Origin: Octopus vulgaris
Taxonomy: Eukaryota
Reading direction: 5' to 3'
DNA length: 64,000 bases
Assembly: GCA_951406725.2 (NCBI GenBank)
Contig: OX597830.1
Coordinates: forward strand, 31,310,001-31,374,000
The notes beneath the pieces are model-generated. The model made no database searches and was not told the origin of the DNA. It was given only the letters and a program-made list of their open reading frames with translations. How positions within the stretch are numbered: the stretch's first letter is position 1; every line of letters starts with the position of its first letter. This document shows, piece after piece, positions 55,810 to 64,000 of this stretch. The position numbers and the translations under genes are program-made.

Positions 55810-56593
55810 TAACAGTTATATACATATTCACATGCCTTTGTGAATTTATTTCTTTACGTACAAAACTCAGTATATGTATATATACACACATATATCTGTA
55901 TATATAGATGCAGTGTATATATATATATATATATAAATACACACACATACGCTCATGTATACATATATAAGTTAAATATTTATGCAAGTGAACATGTGTG
56001 TATTGTTAGACCACTATATACTGCATTACCAGCCTTGAGAGGACTTCTCATATAGATGCATGGTGCATAAAAGGATATGAAAGGTCCTATCAAGTTAAGT
56101 AATTCAGTATTCAGCACTCTAAACATACATCCACTTTCAGTTAGATATAAAGATTGGTATTTTGTACTAATACTGTTTCTATCCCTAATAATAATAATAA
56201 TAATAATGATAATAATAATATTAATAATAATAATAATAATAATAATAGAATAATAATAATAATAATATATATATATACACATGTGTGTGTACACTTGTAT
56301 ATACATATATGTATAGATTAGATTCTTAGCCATCAACATTACTTGTAAGTGCAGAAGGTCATCACATATACCATATTTTTTTCTATTATTTTAGGTACAT
56401 ATGAAGTCGCAGGTAGACGTGGACATTATCCCAACCATTCTTCTCTACCTCGATGCAGTGGAATAATGAGGATGCAATGCTTGGAGAAAGAGAGATGTTG
56501 GTACTGGAAGGTGGCTGGTACTTTATTATGATGAGTACTCAGATTTGACGTGAAAGGAAGTACCTTACTCAACAGAGGATAGAAATCTATATT

Positions 56594-56664
<71 letters not shown>

Positions 56665-56666
<2 letters not shown>

Positions 56667-57088
56667 TCTCTTTACTCTTTTACTCTTTTATTGTTTCAGT
56701 CATTTGACTGCGGCCATGCTGGAGCACTGCCTTTAGTCGAGCAAATCGACCCCGAGACTTATTCTTTGTAAGCCCAGTACTTATTCTGTCGGTCTCTTTT
56801 GCCGAACCGCTAAGTGACAGGGATGTAAACACACCAGCATCGGTTGTCAAGCAATGCTAGGGGGACAAACAGAGACACACAAACACACACACACATATAT
56901 ATACATATATACGACAGGCTTCTTTCAGTTTCCGTCAACCAAATCCACTCACAAAGCATTGGTCGGCCCGGGGCTAAGACACTTGCCCAAGATGCCACGC
57001 AGTGGGACTGAACCCAGAACCATGTGGTTGGTTAGCAAGCTACTTACCACACAGCCACCCCTGTGCCTATCCACACAGCCACTCCTGC

Positions 57089-57091
<3 letters not shown>
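56665..57091 (-). mobile_element. Full-length family D SINE with duplicated 5' end
   Basis: CCACACAGCCAC(C/T)CCTG(T/C)GCC occurs at 57047 and 57071. Confidence 0.92.
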
Positions 57092-57125
<34 letters not shown>

Positions 57126-57228
57126 ATGTATGTATGTATATATGTTTGTATGTATGTATGTAAGTTTGGACGTATTTATAAATGTATGAATATATGTATG
57201 CATGTAAATATATATACATCATTTTTCA

Positions 57229-57326
57229 TAAACAAGGATATTACTGATAGTGACTTTGAAGTTTCGGGCAAATAAGCCATTGTCTGGCTGAAGTTTCAAA
57301 CTCACTTTCAATAATATTCTCGTTTA
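57229..57326. repeat. Diverged ~98-nt fold-back
   Basis: TAAACAAGGATATTACTGATAGTGACTTTGAAG... pairs imperfectly with ...TTCAAACTCACTTTCAATAATATTCTCGTTTA. Confidence 0.7.
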
Positions 57327-57446
57327 AGAATACTACACAACAAAAGGATTGAGTAACCCTTCAGATTAATGTAAAATTAATAACTGAACATAGATGCAAA
57401 CATTTAATGCATATATATATATGTATGTATATATATGATATATATG

Positions 57447-57485
<39 letters not shown>

Positions 57486-57702
57486 CAAAGAGAAAGAGAG
57501 AGAGAGATAAGTATAGATATATATACACATACACACACACACACGCACACACATATATATACAAAGACATACATATGTGTACATATATCAGTTTAGTGTG
57601 GACTGTCAGAAAAAATCGGACTGAATACTATAATGGAGAGTAGCAAGTGTGTTTTATTTCACTCTGAGTTTTGCTTGTGGCTACACAGGGATCTTCAGTT
57701 AT

Positions 57703-57765
<63 letters not shown>

Positions 57766-57895
57766 GTGTGTGTTTGTGTGTATGTGTGTGTATGCATATA
57801 TACATATGTTCTTTTATTTGTTTCAGCCTTGCAGCTGCAGTCATGCTATGTATGTATGTATGTATGTATCTATCTATCTATCTATCTATGCTATC

Positions 57896-57929
<34 letters not shown>

Positions 57930-57942
57930 ATCACTGTCTCTG

Positions 57943-57975
<33 letters not shown>

Positions 57976-57977
57976 TG

Positions 57978-58068
<91 letters not shown>

Positions 58069-58202
58069 TATACTTCATTTCAGTTACTGTGCTGCACCCA
58101 CCCACGCTCCTGACACAGGAGATTAATCGATTAATTGTACAACAATACATATTTTGCCAATCACTTCTTTCTTCTGTCAAAAAGCTAACTTAATAGATTT
58201 AA

Positions 58203-58431
58203 CCTTTTGTTACCATATTCTAATTACATACAGATATTGTCAATTCAAATAAATTTTGAAATTAACCAAGTAAGTTAATGAAATAACTTTTATTCTTCAT
58301 TGTTAAACTGGCGTTCTGAACATAAGCTGACATGAAATTTCGATGGCAGGTTTTTAATTTTGATTGCATTAAAACAGGAAATTTGCATCATAGAATCAAA
58401 GGCAGTCTGAGACAGACTGGTTTCAAAAAGG
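58203..58431. mobile_element. piggyBac-type MITE
   Basis: TTAA|CCTTTTGTTACCA ... TGGTTTCAAAAAGG|TTAA. Confidence 0.7.
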
Positions 58432-59034
58432 TTAAAGAGATATTGAAATAATGAAAAAGTGGTAAATATAGATTTTTAGATAAGCAAAAACTCAATCATA
58501 AGCACACACATGCACACAGATACACAAATATGCATATATACATACACATGCACATACAAATATGAATATATATATACATACTAGATATACACATGCAAGC
58601 AGATATACCTTTATACATACGTGAATATTCACATATATGCAAACATAAATACATAGATACATACATAGGTACACATATGCATGTGGATTTAGGTATGTGT
58701 GTGTGTGTCTTTATGTGTATATGGTTGATGGGTCTCTGACTAGTTTCCGTCTAGTATATTCCATTCATAAGATTATTGGTAAACTTCTGTTTATTGTGGA
58801 ATTCACATGCTTCAGGTGCCACACATCAAGAGCAGACATGAAATCACATTCCTACACACACACATATTTGCATAAGTCTGGAGTATATATATATATATAT
58901 ACGTGTGTTTGTGTATGTATATATACATTTGGTTATGTCAAGAACTTGGTAAAAGTTAAGGTTAAGACACGAAACTCTCAGTCCTTAAGTCACTTTGTTA
59001 TTTGTTGCTAACAAATTATCAATGCACACACTTA

Positions 59035-59135
<101 letters not shown>

Positions 59136-60160
59136 TATACATACAGATATTTGGTGAGTTGGGTACCACAAAACTTAAATCATTAGGAGCTGAGTAAAAG
59201 TAATTAAGAAAAATATATGTAACATCTACAAAATGCATTGAGTGTCATTTTCTTTCATTTATCCCATCATCCATATATATATATATATACACACATATAT
59301 ATGTATTTATATATATTTATTTATATATGTACATTCATATATGTTGAGAGAGAGTGACATATGTCATTGTAATGTTGATTTAGAATAAGAATCTAGTTTC
59401 TGTATATGATACAAAACGGCGATTAAAAGTCACAAATGGACACCCTGTCCTAAAAAAATGTGCTCTGAAGGGCATTGTCCAATCCATGCCAACATGGAAA
59501 ATCAGTCATCAAACTAAAGTGTTTATGATATTGATGATGGAGGTGGCAAATTTTGAGAAAGGAGGTGCTGTAGAGAGAATGTTTGATTTCATTCATATAA
59601 TATATGAAATATATCTCTAGAGAAACATATCTGGCTTTTACAAACTGCACACATGCACGCACCCACACACACACATACACACATCCGTATACATATATAC
59701 ATTCTCATTTGTATGTACTTACACAAATACATGTGCCTATATCAATCTGTCTATCTATCTATATGTATATATATATGTAAATGGAAAACAGAATTAGGTG
59801 TGTGTGTGTGTCTATATATACATATATATAGACACACACACACACACACCTTTTTCTGTTATATATATATGTATATATATAAATGTATATCTGTGTAAAT
59901 TGAATTACAAGAATTAATTAGAAGCAGTATTATATATATATATATGTAATTTTTATATATATTCATGAACCCAATACACAATTTCAAATGCAAACATCTA
60001 AGTAATTACTAAAATATACAGTTAGATGCACTTTTATAGAAGTGCAGTTTTCTATGTACCAATATCCTGTCTGTGCTTGTATCAATATATGTAATTCTGA
60101 ATGCATTTATGCCCAACCATGTGCACAAGAATATGTATATACACAAATGTGTGTTTCTTC

Positions 60161-60192
<32 letters not shown>

Positions 60193-60509
60193 ATATGGAT
60201 ATGTGCAATGTGTATATTCATGGATATCAATGTTTATCTACTGCATTATATATATATAATGAATTTTTCCGTATGTTTACATATATCTACAGCTACTGTA
60301 GAAATTCACATGGACAACGCAAAAATGAGTATGGATTTGTATATATCATGTTTTTTTGAATTTGTGTACATGTTAAGATTTGTCCATGTCCATGTGTATA
60401 GATATCTGCTAGAAACTTCACACACACACACACACACATATATATGTATATATAAATGTGTGTGTGTGTCTGTGTGTATATACATATATATATATATATG
60501 CATACATAA

Positions 60510-60564
<55 letters not shown>

Positions 60565-60631
60565 CATATATACATACATATCTATATACATACATATATA
60601 TATATATACATACATATTTACACACACACAT

Positions 60632-60679
<48 letters not shown>

Positions 60680-61033
60680 GTATAAATATATATATAAATA
60701 TATACCTGCATACATATATTTGTACAAACACATATGTCATGTGTGTGTGTGTGTATGTGTGTGTTCAACACAGAGATTAATGTATAAGTAGATAGATATA
60801 CCAATAGCTAGATAAAGACATGATTAGATTATGAAAAATTAATCAAACAAGAAGTGACAGAATTAAGGAATCATAGAAAAATATATTAATGATTAAATTT
60901 CTTTCTACCTACCTACCAACCTACCTGCCTACCTACCTATCTGTCTGTCTTTTTACCTATCTATCAATATCCATTTCCAGCTATCTATATTCATAGTATT
61001 TAGACATATTATGTATATAATAAGCATACACAA

Positions 61034-61156
<123 letters not shown>

Positions 61157-61349
61157 TGAGTATAGATGGATTGATATTTATATGTATATTTGTATATATA
61201 TATATGCATGTTATCATTATCCCCTCTCTCTATATATACACATGTATATATGAGTGTACACACATACTTAAGCATGTGTATATATTATGTATGCATGTAC
61301 AAAACAGATGGGGGTGGTATAGAGACTAGCTAAAATGAGGAAACCAAGA

Positions 61350-61570
<221 letters not shown>

Positions 61571-62111
61571 GACTGATTGATTAGCAGAAAAACAGATAGA
61601 GACGATTAAAACTATACTATAGAAAGACCTACAAAACAGCTAAAAGAACCAGTAATCAAAACGAAATATAGACGTAACAAAAATTATGATATATCGTCTT
61701 CGTTTCCACCATAATGGCTCTCTGCTATGTAAAGAATATATTTCTACATTGCAGAAACAATTTTTTTTGTTTGTTTTGTTTTTGTTTTTCCCAGCAGCCC
61801 ACTGACCATATCAGTAATAACACGAAGGAAGAGAAACGTCGTGTAACGGTAGATGTTAAGTGCTCCGTGTGTGTTCGTTTGTCTGCTACTGTTGTTGTTG
61901 TTGTTACTGGTGGTGGTGGTGGTGGTGGTGGTGGTGGTAGTGGTAGTGGTGCCGGCGGCGGCGGTGGCGTTTAGCTCAGCTCCAGGAGGTCAGCTGTAAT
62001 TGAGCGAACCTATGGATCAGAGACAAGAATCCAAACGCGACCCTCCCGTCTTTATTTAAGAAATAGACGTTTCCAAGAACGAATCATGCATGTATTAAAA
62101 CTTACACACAT

Positions 62112-62174
<63 letters not shown>

Positions 62175-62191
62175 CACACATACATATATAT

Positions 62192-62246
<55 letters not shown>

Positions 62247-62255
62247 CATATATAT

Positions 62256-62290
<35 letters not shown>

Positions 62291-62539
62291 CATACATATA
62301 TATATATATATACACACATACATACATATATATATATACACACACACATACATACATACATATATATATATACACACATATGCATACATATATATATTTA
62401 TATACACACCCACATTTTTATAGATAGATATACATTATCTACTTCTCTCTCTACTATCTTTCTCGATATATGCATTATATGACTGTATATACGTATATAT
62501 ACATGTTTATTTAACTATATATGTGTGTGTATATATATG

Positions 62540-62606
<67 letters not shown>

Positions 62607-63332
62607 GTATAAACTTATATGGGAATGTGTATGTGGTTCGTGCGTGTTGTGATTCTTCCCTTCTAAGAAACCAGAGCAGTGATTTGTAAAATATCTAACT
62701 GCTATTTCCAGCAAGTCCCGTACTTACTACAGCATAGTCGTCCGTACGTGTGTGTGTGTGCGTGTGTGTGTGCGTGCGTGTATGCATGTCTGTGTTGATG
62801 TGTGGGTAATCCCGTTTACACATATGTTGTTGTTTAGTCCCAGGTCAGCCCTGGTTGCTCATACTAGCAATCCAAAGAGGATCGTCTCTTGGATCACCCA
62901 GACTTTTCCCTACGTCTGTGTATAACGAAACGCTGCTTCACAATGTTTTTCCTCCCCTCTCACGGTAGGGCGTAACTTGAAGGAATTTAACTACTGATAT
63001 TAGGAGATCGATCTGTTAGCTCATTTGTGTATATGTATGAGCGTGTGTGTGTGTGTGTTTGTTATTTTCTGCTATACTTATTCTCCTGTAGAATAGAACT
63101 CCACATTTTTTTTATATACATGATGGACACACAACGATAGAAGCGTATATATATATTTATAACTTTGAATTTATAACTTTGAATATGTGTGTGTGTTGGT
63201 ACGTTTATGTCAATGTGCACACACGCTTGTACACACACACATAGATGCATGCTTCTTTGATAGATGGAATATACATATATATATAAACTCCTTAACTAGT
63301 TTCAGCTCGAGAGGTGCCATGCTGGGGCACCA

Positions 63333-63402
<70 letters not shown>

Positions 63403-63405
63403 ATA

Positions 63406-63446
<41 letters not shown>

Positions 63447-64000
63447 TGTATGTGATTCTATCTCAGACGAGCAACTCGTTTTAAAACTGTCAACAACACC
63501 ACCATCACCCCCATCAGAATGAAATCATCATCACTATCGACAACATCCGTCACAAAGAACATATGCCTATATCCACTGCTCATTTGATGATGACGACGAC
63601 GACGACGATGATGATGATGATGATGATGATGGGTGGTGGTAGTGGTGGTGGTGGTGGTAGTTTGGAATGTTTTTCACGGTGTAGCGCTATTTAAGCAAGG
63701 AGGCAGTAAAAAGCAATTGTAGTTTTAAGCTCGTTCCAGCATGGAAAGAAGCTAAAAATGTGAAGTTGTGGCATTCTTGCATTTCTCGAACGGTTCAATT
63801 AGCGAACAAGAAGCTTAGACAAAAAAAAAAAAAAAGAAGTGAGAAGAAGGAAAAGAACAACAATAGCAACAACAACAACAACAACAACAACGAGAACGGT
63901 GGTGTAATTGATGCGATAATCGAAACAAGATTCTTCAAAACTCCATGGATTCGAAATGGACATTATTAGCCACGAAGAATAACGAACATTAATGAGTTCA

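Overview
Eukaryotic, AT-rich, non-coding DNA dominated by microsatellites ((TA)n, (CA)n, (TACA)n, (TAGA)n, (GA)n, (AAT)n) and interspersed repeats. The SINE families resemble ones I recall from octopus genomes (inference, not checked). No protein-coding gene is recognisable, and nearly all supplied ORFs are microsatellite read-throughs. Supported features: several tRNA-derived SINE families, decayed R4/Dong-like and RTE LINE fragments, MITEs with TIR and TSD signatures (Tc1/mariner, hAT x2, piggyBac) and a non-autonomous Helitron. The most notable signal is a set of short non-coding elements in or beside microsatellites that carry minimal type I hammerhead-ribozyme motifs of the kind known from Penelope-like retroelements (PLEs). 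These include an apparently intact hammerhead inside a 139-bp-arm palindrome (35.6 kb), a second palindrome built from two head-to-head hammerheads (29.3 kb), a tRNA-headed element with a hammerhead tail (10.4-10.8 kb) and a five-copy family with a variant CUGUUGA core. A CpG-depleted domain at about 39.5-61.6 kb may mark a methylated gene body. Family letters (A-G) are my own labels. All pairings and coordinates were read by eye.
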